Virus record (IMG/VR): IMGVR_UViG_3300042473_001265
Location: 248,001 to 312,000 of that record
Strand: one strand, 5' to 3'
Length of the DNA: 64,000 nucleotides
Below, piece after piece: positions 1 to 9,693 of the stretch (the first letter of the stretch is position 1; every line of letters begins with the position of its first letter). Both the position numbers and the translations under genes were made by a program. Below the pieces are notes generated by a model that did not search any database, was not told the DNA's origin, and saw only the letters and a program-made list of their open reading frames with translations.

Positions 1-1
1 G

Positions 2-601
2 GAAAATTTAGAATTACTTCAAGAATTGAATCCCGATGTCAATCTTAGGATAAACACTAATCTTAGCAAGGTAGATACTGGAGTGTTTGATGCTGTTTGT
101 AGATTTAAAAATGTCCATTGGACCGTAAGTGTAGAAACTACTGAAGATGAATTTGAATACATACGATTTGGTGGCCGATGGCAGGATTTTTTAGATAATC
201 TAAACACAATTAGAAAACTAGATCATAAGATAAGTTTTAATATGTTATGGTTTTTGCTAAATCATGACAGTGTTTTTGATTGTGTAGATTATTTAAAAGG
301 ATTGGGATTTCATAACAATAGCTTTGTGATTGGAGCACTGCTAGGCCCTGATTACCTAAACATTAGACATTTACCGGAAAATGTGTTAAACTCATTGAAG
401 TTAAAATTAGAATCACGAATCAATGAGAATCCTGGATATCTACTTGAAGACAGTTATCAGAACATGCTACACTATATAACGCAACCAATTGAAAAGAATT
501 TAACAAATTCGTTTGATCAATTAGCAATAATGGATCAGCGGCGTGAAGTAGACAGCAGTAAAATTTTTACAGAATTATATACACTCAAAGAAGGAAAGTA
601 A
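2..601 (+). CDS. Radical SAM family protein, C-terminal part (truncated by window edge)
   Basis: Frame is open from base 2; 'WTVSVETTEDEFEYIRFGGRWQDFLDNL' resembles the S(I/V)D..G..YEYIR..W segment also seen in the radical SAM at 26410; the CxxxCxxC motif would lie upstream of the window. Confidence 0.6.
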   Translation, partial: ENLELLQELNPDVNLRINTNLSKVDTGVFDAVCRFKNVHWTVSVETTEDEFEYIRFGGRWQDFLDNLNTIRKLDHKISFNMLWFLLNHDSVFDCVDYLKGLGFHNNSFVIGALLGPDYLNIRHLPENVLNSLKLKLESRINENPGYLLEDSYQNMLHYITQPIEKNLTNSFDQLAIMDQRREVDSSKIFTELYTLKEGK

Positions 602-603
602 TC

Positions 604-1662
604 ATGGCAAAACCATTTGACATCTCAAAGTTCCGCAAGGACATCACAAAAAGCATCCAAGGACTCAGCATTGGATTCAATGATCCCACAGACTGGATTA
701 GCACAGGCAACTATGCACTCAACTATCTAATCTCAGGAGACTTCAACAAAGGCATTCCACTGGGTAAAGTTACTGTATTTGCTGGTGAATCCGGCGCAGG
801 CAAGAGTTATATTTGCAGTGGCAACATTGTAAAGAACGCACAGGATCAAGGCATCTTTGTTATTCTTGTTGACACAGAAAACGCACTTGACGAATCTTGG
901 TTACACGCACTTGGTGTCAACACGGGTCCAGACAAGTTGCTCAAACTCAACATGAGCATGATTGATGATGTTGCCAAAGCAATCTCCACATTCATGACAG
1001 ACTACAAAGCACTACCAGAAGAAGAACGCATGAAAGTTCTGTGGGTCATTGACTCATTGGGCATGTTGCTGACTCCTACTGATGTCAATCAGTTCGAAGC
1101 CGGTGACATGAAAGGTGACATGGGTCGTAAGCCCAAAGCACTGACAAGTCTTGTTCGTAACTCTGTCAACATGTTTGGCAGTTACAATGTGGGCTTGGTG
1201 GCCACAAACCATACCTATGCCAGTCAAGACATGTTTGATCCTGATGACAAGATCTCCGGTGGACAAGGCTTTATCTACGCAAGTTCAATCGTGGTTGCCA
1301 TGAAAAAAATGAAACTCAAAGAAGATGAAGATGGCAACAAGATCACTGATGTCATGGGCATCCGTGCCGGTTGCAAAGTGATGAAAACACGCTATGCCAA
1401 ACCGTTTGAAGGCATGCAGGTCAAGATCCCTTACTCCACTGGTATGAGTCCGCATTCGGGACTGGTTGACCTGGCAGAGAAGAAAGAGATTCTCAAGAAA
1501 GAAGGCAACAGTTTGGTACTTGTTACCAGCGACGGCGAAATTATCAAACAGTTCCGCAAAAAGTGGGAAGCCAATGAAGGCGGATGTTTAGATAAACTGA
1601 TGGCGGACTTTGCCAATCAGAAAGAAGAAAAACCGGTACTCGAAACAACAACGGAGGAATAA
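604..1662 (+). CDS. uvsX: RecA/UvsX-like recombinase
   Basis: Walker A 'AGESGAGKS', Walker B 'WVIDSLG', 'ISTGNYALNYLISG', 'ISGGQGFIYASSIVV'; followed by a UvsY-like gene. Confidence 0.95.
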   Translation: MAKPFDISKFRKDITKSIQGLSIGFNDPTDWISTGNYALNYLISGDFNKGIPLGKVTVFAGESGAGKSYICSGNIVKNAQDQGIFVILVDTENALDESWLHALGVNTGPDKLLKLNMSMIDDVAKAISTFMTDYKALPEEERMKVLWVIDSLGMLLTPTDVNQFEAGDMKGDMGRKPKALTSLVRNSVNMFGSYNVGLVATNHTYASQDMFDPDDKISGGQGFIYASSIVVAMKKMKLKEDEDGNKITDVMGIRAGCKVMKTRYAKPFEGMQVKIPYSTGMSPHSGLVDLAEKKEILKKEGNSLVLVTSDGEIIKQFRKKWEANEGGCLDKLMADFANQKEEKPVLETTTEE

Positions 1663-1664
1663 CC

Positions 1665-1922
1665 ATGTCAGTAGACCTATCAAGTGAAATCTGGAATGAA
1701 CTAAAACGATACATCAACACAGTTGATCGTACAGAAGCAGCAGAAGTGTTGGTTTCTGTACTGGTTGACAATGACGTTGCCCCGGACGAAATTCGTGCCA
1801 CATTCAAAGGCGACACGGATGTCAAAGCAGCATTGGCCGCGTATATCAAGGATCTCGACGACGAGCCCGAAGAAGAAGACTTTGATCAAGACGATGATAT
1901 TGAGTCCGAGTACGAAGATTAA
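1665..1922 (+). CDS. Small acidic hypothetical protein
   Basis: GGAGG Shine-Dalgarno, tight packing, D/E-rich C-terminal tail. Confidence 0.8.
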   Translation: MSVDLSSEIWNELKRYINTVDRTEAAEVLVSVLVDNDVAPDEIRATFKGDTDVKAALAAYIKDLDDEPEEEDFDQDDDIESEYED

Positions 1923-1924
1923 TC

Positions 1925-2377
1925 ATGTGGCTCAGCCGTGTCACTAGTGATCTGGGAGCAATCCCAGATTTCATTGCTCACTTTGAGCAAGAACTCACTG
2001 CTGCACGCCGTGATTGCGCCATTGGCGGCATGGTTGAACGAAATATCTCAGCACTGCCGGGCATTACAGAACATAGATTTAATCAGCTTCAAGAAATTGA
2101 AGCAGTATTAAATCATCTCAACATACAGCTACGCAAGATTCGTCGAAAACATTTTCAAAAATATCTCGAAGCATATGCTAGAGCATTGACCAGCAGAGAT
2201 GCTGAAAAATATGTGGATGGCGAAGACGAAGTGATTGACTTTGAAACTATCATCAACGAAGTGGCCTACTTGAGAAATCGTTACTTGGGCATTATGAAAG
2301 CCATGGAAAGTAAAAACTTCATGCTGGGACATGTGGTAAGATTACGAGCTGCTGGGATGGAAGACATACAACTATGA
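1925..2377 (+). CDS. uvsY: UvsY-like recombination mediator
   Basis: 150 aa helical protein, 'RALTSRDAEKYVDGEDEV' and C-terminal 'VRLRAAGMED'; next to uvsX. Confidence 0.75.
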   Translation: MWLSRVTSDLGAIPDFIAHFEQELTAARRDCAIGGMVERNISALPGITEHRFNQLQEIEAVLNHLNIQLRKIRRKHFQKYLEAYARALTSRDAEKYVDGEDEVIDFETIINEVAYLRNRYLGIMKAMESKNFMLGHVVRLRAAGMEDIQL

Positions 2378-3132
2378 CATTTAGAAACGACCAAGAACGG
2401 CACGAACACAGTTTACAAACTCTCAACACATTGGCCGAGTATGATGACTTCATGGAAAGCATTGGTACACTGGTTGATCTTGGTTGTGGCAGCGGTATGG
2501 ATCTAGAATGGTGGGCAACTAGAACCACCAGAGAGGATGCGCCGCAACCGTTGAACATTCGTTGCACCGGAGTTGACATTGCCAACGCACCATCGATGTT
2601 TAAAAAATATCCAAATATCACGCATCAACTGATTGACTTTGAACAAGTCAACCGGCTACCAAAAAAGACAAAGTTTGATGTGCTGTGGTGTCACGATGCT
2701 TTTCAGTATTGCGTAAATCCACTAGAAACTCTAGGTAAATGGAACAGCATTGCCGAAGATGGCGCCATGTTGGTAATGGCAATTCCGCAGACCACCAACA
2801 TGGACATTCGCCAACTGTCGTTTGTGCAGCCCGCTGGATGCTATTATCATCACACAGTGGTCAGTTTGATTCACATGCTGGCAGTGAATGGGTGGGATTG
2901 CAATTCGGGCTTTTTTCTAAAGCGGCCAGACGATGATTTTATACATGTGATTGCCTACAAGAGTGCCCATGCTCCTATGCCATACAGCACTACCACATGG
3001 TATGAATTGGCAGAAAAGGATCTACTGCCAGAAACAGCAATGACCAGTATACAGCGCCACGGTATGATACGGCAACAAGACCTTGTGCTACAGTGGATTG
3101 ATAAAAGTTTATCCCGGATGGGGCAACAATAA
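2374..3132 (+). CDS. Class I SAM-dependent methyltransferase
   Basis: Motif I 'VDLGCGSG', acidic beta2 end 'TGVDI', 'FDVLWCHDAFQY'; ATGA overlap with uvsY. Confidence 0.85.
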   Translation: MTFRNDQERHEHSLQTLNTLAEYDDFMESIGTLVDLGCGSGMDLEWWATRTTREDAPQPLNIRCTGVDIANAPSMFKKYPNITHQLIDFEQVNRLPKKTKFDVLWCHDAFQYCVNPLETLGKWNSIAEDGAMLVMAIPQTTNMDIRQLSFVQPAGCYYHHTVVSLIHMLAVNGWDCNSGFFLKRPDDDFIHVIAYKSAHAPMPYSTTTWYELAEKDLLPETAMTSIQRHGMIRQQDLVLQWIDKSLSRMGQQ

Positions 3133-3951
3133 ACGGCCAAGCGGTAAACCAGAGGCAATTTCTTCTGTATACCATTCGGTATGTGCCAGCTGTTCCAGCC
3201 ATGCTGTACGATCTGGTCTGGCAGGATCGTTGATACGGGACAGATCTAAATTGCCCACTGGTGCAGCCAAACTGGTTGAATTGACAAACGCCGGAACACC
3301 AGCCAACACTGCTTGTGAGCCAGGTCCGCTGTTGTGATTGATCACAGCCCACGCAGTGGCCAAACACCGATCATAGTCAAAGTTATCATAGGTTCCCTGA
3401 ACCGGCGTGGGCATTTGTATAACACAACCTGGCACTGCACCTATACGCTGTCTTGGGTGTGGCCGTATAACAATGGGTCGATCTGTATATTCTCTAATCT
3501 TGCCAGCAGTTTCTGTCAGCCAGGCCACAGTGGGCGGTTGTCCAGCCCATTGTTCACTTTCTGAACGCTGTGCTGCAATGACAATATTGTATCCAGTGTT
3601 GGTCCAGGGCTTGGCTGTCAGTCGTAGGTTGGCTGCACGACCTGGTATCAACTCAGTGCCATAATAAGCAGTGCTGCCGGTTCCGTTCAATCCCAATTTC
3701 CATGTGCTGCCGCGCCGCAGCATGCCCACCTCGGCCACTATCACAGGCCTTCCGCTGTTTCTAAATGTTTGCCATATTTCACGATTGTGCTTCATGCGGC
3801 CGTGCCACAACTGACTCCAGATAACAGCAACATCTGCCGAACTGTCCATGTTGTTATGCTTGATACCCAGTTGGTCAAGACCTGTTCTAATGGCGTCAAA
3901 CACAGGCCCGCTGTTGAGTGCGCCATATTGGTCAAAAATACTTACTCTCAT
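3109..3951 (-). CDS. Putative GT-B glycosyltransferase (KpsS/capsule-biosynthesis-like), paralog of 7192-8100
   Basis: 'IVIRPHP', 'WAVINHNSGPGSQAVLAGVPAFV', 'PDRTAWLEQLA..W..EE..SG' shared with 7192-8100. Confidence 0.6.
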   Translation of the reverse strand: MRVSIFDQYGALNSGPVFDAIRTGLDQLGIKHNNMDSSADVAVIWSQLWHGRMKHNREIWQTFRNSGRPVIVAEVGMLRRGSTWKLGLNGTGSTAYYGTELIPGRAANLRLTAKPWTNTGYNIVIAAQRSESEQWAGQPPTVAWLTETAGKIREYTDRPIVIRPHPRQRIGAVPGCVIQMPTPVQGTYDNFDYDRCLATAWAVINHNSGPGSQAVLAGVPAFVNSTSLAAPVGNLDLSRINDPARPDRTAWLEQLAHTEWYTEEIASGLPLGRLLLPHPG

Positions 3952-3963
3952 AATATACCCGGT

Positions 3964-3969
3964 TAAATA
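3964..3969 (+). promoter_or_regulatory. TAAATA late-promoter-like motif
   Basis: TAAATA in the short divergent intergenic gap, followed by AAGGA SD and ATG 3993. Confidence 0.55.
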
Positions 3970-3992
3970 TACACTTAGTTATAAGGAAAACA

Positions 3993-4799
3993 ATGAGTCG
4001 TAAATTCTCTGTGGTCACCACATTCAACGCATCTGGCTACAAAAAATACGGCAAAAGAATGATCGAAACATTCCTGAACACATGGCCTGCAGAAGTTGAC
4101 TTGATAGTGTATGCTGAAGATTGCACTGTCGTTGAATCTGCACCCAACTTGCGTGTGTTAGATCTGCATCGGGACAGTCCAGAACTAGTGGCATTCAAAA
4201 CAAAATGGCGCGGTGTTCCCAAGGCCAATGGTGATGTGTCTGCTGACCCCACAAGAAACAACCGCAAAGACGCTGCCAAAGGATTCAAATGGAATGCTGT
4301 ACGCTTTGCTCACAAAGTATATGCTATATTTGCTGCTGCCCATGCTGCAACTGATTGGCTGATATGGATGGATGCTGACACTGTGTGTCATAGTCCTATC
4401 TCGATGGCGCAATTACACAATTTGTGTCCCGCCGCAGCTGACATTTGTTTCTTGGGTCGCAAAGGCAAATACACCGAATGCGGGTTGTATGCTATGAATC
4501 TGCGTTCTCCGGCCACATCAAAATTTCTCAAAGAGTTTCAGCGTGTGTACGACGATGCAGACAACGGAATATTCACCATGAAAGAATGGCACGACAGTTT
4601 TGTGTTTGATGTTGTGCGTAAATCAATGACGTTGGAACAACACGATTGGAGTAGCCATTTGATTTCGGGCGAAGGCCATCCGTTGATCAACAGTGAATGG
4701 GGTGCCTATCTAGATCACTTGAAAGGTGATCGCAAGTCATTGGGTCGTAGTAAATTAAGCGATTTAAAAATTAAAAGAACAGAGGCGTATTGGCAATGA
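3993..4799 (+). CDS. GT-A fold glycosyltransferase/nucleotide-diphospho-sugar transferase-like protein
   Basis: 'RFAHKVYAI' followed by 'LIWMDADT' DxD motif; inside the glycan locus. Confidence 0.7.
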   Translation: MSRKFSVVTTFNASGYKKYGKRMIETFLNTWPAEVDLIVYAEDCTVVESAPNLRVLDLHRDSPELVAFKTKWRGVPKANGDVSADPTRNNRKDAAKGFKWNAVRFAHKVYAIFAAAHAATDWLIWMDADTVCHSPISMAQLHNLCPAAADICFLGRKGKYTECGLYAMNLRSPATSKFLKEFQRVYDDADNGIFTMKEWHDSFVFDVVRKSMTLEQHDWSSHLISGEGHPLINSEWGAYLDHLKGDRKSLGRSKLSDLKIKRTEAYWQ

Positions 4800-5476
4800 A
4801 AAGCTACATCATTTGTTTAAGTAATATTCCTGCAAGTTTGAATAGTGGCCTTCGTTTACAAAAAGAACTGTCTAATTTTAAAATAGAAGCCGAATTGTTT
4901 GAAGGCTCTTACGGAGATCAAGCACTGATACAATATCAAAAAAATAATCGACAGTGCCATCCTTGGGGGTTTAAAGGACCCGATGTACCGTTTTTGGATC
5001 AGTGCAAGCAAGACCGCACAACTCCGGGCATAGTCGGATGTTTTGATAGTCATTACAGACTATGGAAACTTTGTGCAAACTCTGATCAACCCATTGTAAT
5101 ATGGGAAGACGATGCTCATGTAATTCGCCCGTACTACCCGGTTGAATGGACTGATGTTTTGATTCTGGCTAGTAGTCATACTAAGAAAATGGAAAAATAC
5201 AAGCATTATTTAGAATCTCCTACAGGTGATCCCACAGCTGAATACTATCAACGCAGCAGCCTTCCCGGCGCCGCCGGCTATGCAATAAAACCACATGCTG
5301 CACAGAAACTTGTAGATTTTTATCATCAATCATTCCTGCCGGCAGACAACGCAATAAATCAATACATAGTAAAAATTCAAATACATAATTACATGATGGG
5401 ACAGGCACAGGATAGAGAAAGAACACACGGTAGATCCAGCCTCATTAAAACTAAAATTTGGGATAAGGAAAATTAA
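4796..5476 (+). CDS. Glycosyltransferase family 25-like (LPS biosynthesis)
   Basis: 'YIICL', 'GIVGCFDSHYRLWK', 'IVIWEDDA', 'GAAGYAIKPHAAQKL', 'PADN'; start moved to ATGA overlap at 4796. Confidence 0.8.
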   Translation: MKSYIICLSNIPASLNSGLRLQKELSNFKIEAELFEGSYGDQALIQYQKNNRQCHPWGFKGPDVPFLDQCKQDRTTPGIVGCFDSHYRLWKLCANSDQPIVIWEDDAHVIRPYYPVEWTDVLILASSHTKKMEKYKHYLESPTGDPTAEYYQRSSLPGAAGYAIKPHAAQKLVDFYHQSFLPADNAINQYIVKIQIHNYMMGQAQDRERTHGRSSLIKTKIWDKEN

Positions 5477-5479
5477 TCA

Positions 5480-6025
5480 ATGTCATACAGTTTAAAAACA
5501 GGTAAATCAGAAACGCTTGCGTGGTTTCAAGAACACCATGAAAAAATTACAAAAATTGTTGACATTGGACCCGGGTCTGGTACCTACGTCAATCTCATTA
5601 AAGAACAACACAACTGCTGCAACTCTGCTTATTGGATTGGTATAGAAGTATGGGAGCCATACATAAAAAAATACAATCTAGAACAGCGATACGATCAAAT
5701 TATTAATCAAGATGTGCGTGAAGTAAATTGGGAAGCTCTGGGACCTGTTAGTGTTGTAATTGCCGGAGATGTACTGGAACATATCACAAAAGAACAGGCA
5801 ATGACATTGGTAGATAAAATTTTGTCAGTTTCGGATGTGTTGATTGCGAGCATTCCAATTGTACACATGCCGCAAGACGAACATGCATACGACAACCCTT
5901 ACGAGGCGCATGTAAAGGATGACTGGAGCCATGCAGAAGTGATGGACACCTGGTCCCATTATATAAAACATCATTACCTTAAAAGTAGAAAAAGTAAATT
6001 AGGTGTATACTGGATGAAAAAATGA
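5480..6025 (+). CDS. Class I SAM-dependent methyltransferase
   Basis: 'IVDIGPGSGTY', 'IGIEVW', 'GDVLEHI'. Confidence 0.85.
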   Translation: MSYSLKTGKSETLAWFQEHHEKITKIVDIGPGSGTYVNLIKEQHNCCNSAYWIGIEVWEPYIKKYNLEQRYDQIINQDVREVNWEALGPVSVVIAGDVLEHITKEQAMTLVDKILSVSDVLIASIPIVHMPQDEHAYDNPYEAHVKDDWSHAEVMDTWSHYIKHHYLKSRKSKLGVYWMKK

Positions 6026-6564
6026 AAACTATAACACAACTACGAGATGATTTTTTATCTTTAAAAATAACTCCAACTGATTGGTTAGGCGACAGTCCTA
6101 GCCGATTTGACACATACACAAAATACGCGGCCAAAGTTGACAGCATTGTAGAGTTTGGAGTGTACACTGGATTGAGTACTGCTGCATTCTTGGCTGGCAA
6201 TCCAAAAAAATTGCGTAGCTATGACATCACTGATGAAAATCTCACAGTGTTGGACAGACTTAACCAACATGCAACACAACATCAAATTGATTTTGAATTC
6301 ATCATAGGTGATAGTCTAGCCGTAGACATAGAACCAACTGACCTGTTGTTTATTGATACTGTGCATAAAAAAAAGCACACTGCTGCTGAACTGGCCCGAC
6401 ACAGTAACAAAGTTAAACGATATATTATTTTTCATGATACCACTGATTGGCCTGGTGTGTTTCAGGCGGCCTGTGATTTTTTGTCGGAAAATCACCAATG
6501 GCACATAGTTGAACATTGCAATCGTGGATCTGGATTACTGGTGCTTGAGAAATATTGTGATTAA
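6022..6564 (+). CDS. Class I SAM-dependent methyltransferase (Methyltransf_24-like)
   Basis: 'IVEFGVYTGLST', 'GDSL', 'DLLFIDTVH', 'IIFHDT'. Confidence 0.8.
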   Translation: MKTITQLRDDFLSLKITPTDWLGDSPSRFDTYTKYAAKVDSIVEFGVYTGLSTAAFLAGNPKKLRSYDITDENLTVLDRLNQHATQHQIDFEFIIGDSLAVDIEPTDLLFIDTVHKKKHTAAELARHSNKVKRYIIFHDTTDWPGVFQAACDFLSENHQWHIVEHCNRGSGLLVLEKYCD

Positions 6565-7195
6565 TGTTGTATGCGTACTGCGACACGGCGGCAAAGTAAA
6601 TTATGATGCAGAATGGGTTGCCAAACTGCAGAGAGCAGTGGCAAGAAACTTAACAGTGCCCCACCGCTTTGTGTGTCTGAGTGACTGTGAAGTTGCAGTT
6701 GACCGAATCCCGTTGGATGCAACTGGTACAGGATTTTGGGCAAAACTACAGTTGTTCAAGCCTGGGGTGTTTTCTGAACCTGTGCTGTATCTGGATCTTG
6801 ACACTGTAATTTGTTCAAACATAGATGAAATTGTTTCAGCTTGCCAATCCAAAACTTTTGTAATGTGGTATGAAGCAGACAAACACATTCACTCAAGTGC
6901 CATGATGTGGTGGCAAGGTGACCACAGTCACTTATGGGAAATATATCAATCTCGTCCATTGGACCACTGGAAATCTTTGTATGGCCAGGTGCCGCTGTAC
7001 GGTGATCAAGCACTGATAAGCCAGCATGTTGACCATGAATTATTCACTGATTTCTTACCTACTGAGTGGATGCAGATTGCACATAAACGACAGTTAGACA
7101 ATCTTGAATTGGTTAAAATATTACATTTTAGAAAAAATAATCAAAAACCCAGCACTATGCTGCATCATCCATTGGTGGCGCAACACTGGATTTAG
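6557..7195 (+). CDS. GT-A (GT8-like) glycosyltransferase, paralog of 11285-12016
   Basis: 'FWAKLQLF', 'LYLDLDTVI', 'SSAMMWW', 'GDQALIS'; GTG start at 6557 overlaps the upstream stop. Confidence 0.75.
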   Translation: MINVVCVLRHGGKVNYDAEWVAKLQRAVARNLTVPHRFVCLSDCEVAVDRIPLDATGTGFWAKLQLFKPGVFSEPVLYLDLDTVICSNIDEIVSACQSKTFVMWYEADKHIHSSAMMWWQGDHSHLWEIYQSRPLDHWKSLYGQVPLYGDQALISQHVDHELFTDFLPTEWMQIAHKRQLDNLELVKILHFRKNNQKPSTMLHHPLVAQHWI

Positions 7196-8100
7196 ATATA
7201 TTTTTTAATGTGTTGCCAGGCTGCGCCTGACACGACTTCTGTGTGATTCCAATGGCACATGGCAATGCGTTCTATCCATGCTTGTCTATCTGGCATAGCG
7301 GGATTTTCTATCAATCTTAGATCTGTGTTGGCCACAGCAGCAGCTTGACTACGATCTGGATCAGTGACAAAAATTGGATATCCTTCTATTACAGATCCTA
7401 CAGTGGGACTGGAATTGTGATTTACCACAGCCCAACAGTTTCGGAGATCGTCTATTAGTGTAGAATCAGGCCGAGACAATGATACATTACGAAAATGATC
7501 AACGCTACCGATGTGTTGTCTTGCGGCTTTGTCTCCTGGATGCGGTCGCAGTACAATAGGGCGATCTGTTGCTTGTTGCAGTTTGGCAATGGTTTTTGTA
7601 GCCCAATCAACTATGTCGTATGTGCCCATGCTCCAACCGCCGTTGCGCTGCAAGCACACCAATATATGTTTGCCATTTTGTCGCCAATCCTTCAACCCAA
7701 TGCCAGTGTTGCGACTTATAGACTGCCAGCGAGCAGGATCTGGATTATCCCAGAAATATGTCCCTGTGTTCGGGAAAACTCCGTCGAAACTGTATCTAGA
7801 ATACTCATTTTTGCCACGATAGTTAAACAAGTTGCTATCTACTACAAGTAATCTATTGTTATTTTTTTTCTGATATTCGTGTACTGCTGATCTAAATAGA
7901 TTGTGGGTACCTTGTTTTCCGGTGGCATGCGGCCATCCTTGTATAAATGCTACTTCGCAGTTGCTCAGAACTGGGGATGAACTAACTACGCCAGTGTCTC
8001 CGTATGCGTTTACTCCACTGACAAATCTTGTTAACAATTCAAATTTATGCTGACTTTTTTTACTCGGCGGAATAGTTGATAGATATGCTATTAATTTCAT
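7192..8100 (-). CDS. Putative GT-B glycosyltransferase (KpsS/capsule-biosynthesis-like)
   Basis: 'IVLRPHP', 'WAVVNHNSSPTVGSVIEGYPIFV', 'PDRQAWIERIA'; paralog of 3109-3951. Confidence 0.6.
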   Translation of the reverse strand: MKLIAYLSTIPPSKKSQHKFELLTRFVSGVNAYGDTGVVSSSPVLSNCEVAFIQGWPHATGKQGTHNLFRSAVHEYQKKNNNRLLVVDSNLFNYRGKNEYSRYSFDGVFPNTGTYFWDNPDPARWQSISRNTGIGLKDWRQNGKHILVCLQRNGGWSMGTYDIVDWATKTIAKLQQATDRPIVLRPHPGDKAARQHIGSVDHFRNVSLSRPDSTLIDDLRNCWAVVNHNSSPTVGSVIEGYPIFVTDPDRSQAAAVANTDLRLIENPAMPDRQAWIERIAMCHWNHTEVVSGAAWQHIKKYI

Positions 8101-9008
8101 TTAATCTTTTCCCAAAATTCCGTAGTAGCAAGCCGACATTCTTCTAGAGCATGGTCACTTATTATAACATCATCAACTACATCTTTCCAGTCACCATCGC
8201 GCTTTAACATATACGGAACATGTTTCATATTTAAAAATTTACTACTCCATGCGTCGACTACAATAACTTTCTTACCCAACAGCGCACCCCAATAAGCGCC
8301 ATGATAACTATTGGTTAAAATTATGTTAGCACTGCCCAGGAGTTCAATAGACTGATCTATGTTGCTTCCAGAATTCACAAACCGCGGTATACTGTCATTG
8401 CCGAAGTTTTTAATCAACTGTTTTTTATGTTCAAAAAATATAACATCATTTTTAATTGCATATTTTTCATCAAATGCCGGGTGCATACAACTGGCACACG
8501 GCACCCATGGCTGATTTTGATTCCAGTCGCGGATACCAACTTCGTCAAACTTCATGAGCCAATCTGGATATTCAACTGCCGCATCGCCACGTTTATCCAA
8601 CGGACCGTTATGCCCTGCACCCCATATGTATCGTTTGGCCTGTGCAGGCGCAAGTTGCATCATATATTTTTTAATAAACTCTCTATGGGCAAACATAAAT
8701 TCCTTATGTGATTTTTTATTTGCCGGATCTCTCAGATCCCATTTATGTTTTTGTATTTGAATTAATTGATATAAATCAGCTGACGGCAATACCGATTCAA
8801 TGGCATCATTAAAAAACTCGTTAGCAATCAAGCCACCCCCACCTACAACCATCGGCAGTGTAGGATCGTATGCAGTATTTTTTATATTAGTAATATCAAC
8901 TACTTGATACTCTTCTGGTTCGAGGAAATACTGCAACGGATTACTGGCAAGGTCGCCTACATTGTTGCGGTCGGCACGATGTACTACTGTAAATTTAAGT
9001 TTGGTCAT
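8097..9008 (-). CDS. Polysaccharide pyruvyl transferase-like protein
   Basis: 'NNVGD', 'VVGGGGLI', 'WGAG', 'VGIRD', 'ILTNSYHGAYWGALLGK'; start taken at Met50 of the ORF track (9008). Confidence 0.65.
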   Translation of the reverse strand: MTKLKFTVVHRADRNNVGDLASNPLQYFLEPEEYQVVDITNIKNTAYDPTLPMVVGGGGLIANEFFNDAIESVLPSADLYQLIQIQKHKWDLRDPANKKSHKEFMFAHREFIKKYMMQLAPAQAKRYIWGAGHNGPLDKRGDAAVEYPDWLMKFDEVGIRDWNQNQPWVPCASCMHPAFDEKYAIKNDVIFFEHKKQLIKNFGNDSIPRFVNSGSNIDQSIELLGSANIILTNSYHGAYWGALLGKKVIVVDAWSSKFLNMKHVPYMLKRDGDWKDVVDDVIISDHALEECRLATTEFWEKIK

Positions 9009-9693
9009 TTGATAAGTGTTGTTGGCAATATTCTGTATGAATTCTTTCTTGGTGCCATTCATTGGCAAAGCTGCCTTTATCGGCAAACTCGTGAAAACAC
9101 GGCGTGCCCAAGGTATAATGTACCAGTTTTGCATTGGGGTTTGCGTCGTATTCAACGTCTAACCAATTCCATTCTTTGGGCAATTCGCCAATGCGATCAT
9201 CGTCTATCCACGAGAAGCGGTGGAGCTCGCTACCAGTGGCACGCTGGACGAACTTGGGAGTAAGAGCCCGGTTAGGAAAGCTATTACAATTCCACAGTAT
9301 AACACTACTCCAATTTTTACGAGGATAGTCTTCATTCTTTGCTCCTAGATATTTTACAGGCATACGAGTTTTGTAGTCATGCTTGACCACTTGCACATCC
9401 AGGCCAGGATTGCGTAGAGCCCAGAGTTCCGCAATGTCGCTGCGCACAATCATATCACCATCTATAAAGATAGCATGGCCAGTGTACTCCATCAAGTGCG
9501 GCACAAGAAAGCGACTGTAGATAAACTGATTGCTACCATCAGTGTGCGTTTCTGTGTAGTCGGTAAACAAGTTAAGGGCCAGTGGAATAATTGCTACAGG
9601 CTTGCTTGCATGCCTAATGATTGAGTTAACACAGGTGTGGTAAGCTATTGCTTCTCTGGGATCGTATCCGACAAAAATTGGTATTGGTTTCAT
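8995..9693 (-). CDS. GT-A (GT8-like) glycosyltransferase
   Basis: 'IFVGYDPRE', 'FIYSRFLVP', 'AIFIDGDM', 'YPRKNWSSVILWN', 'LVHYTLGTP'. Confidence 0.85.
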   Translation of the reverse strand: MKPIPIFVGYDPREAIAYHTCVNSIIRHASKPVAIIPLALNLFTDYTETHTDGSNQFIYSRFLVPHLMEYTGHAIFIDGDMIVRSDIAELWALRNPGLDVQVVKHDYKTRMPVKYLGAKNEDYPRKNWSSVILWNCNSFPNRALTPKFVQRATGSELHRFSWIDDDRIGELPKEWNWLDVEYDANPNAKLVHYTLGTPCFHEFADKGSFANEWHQERIHTEYCQQHLSNDQT

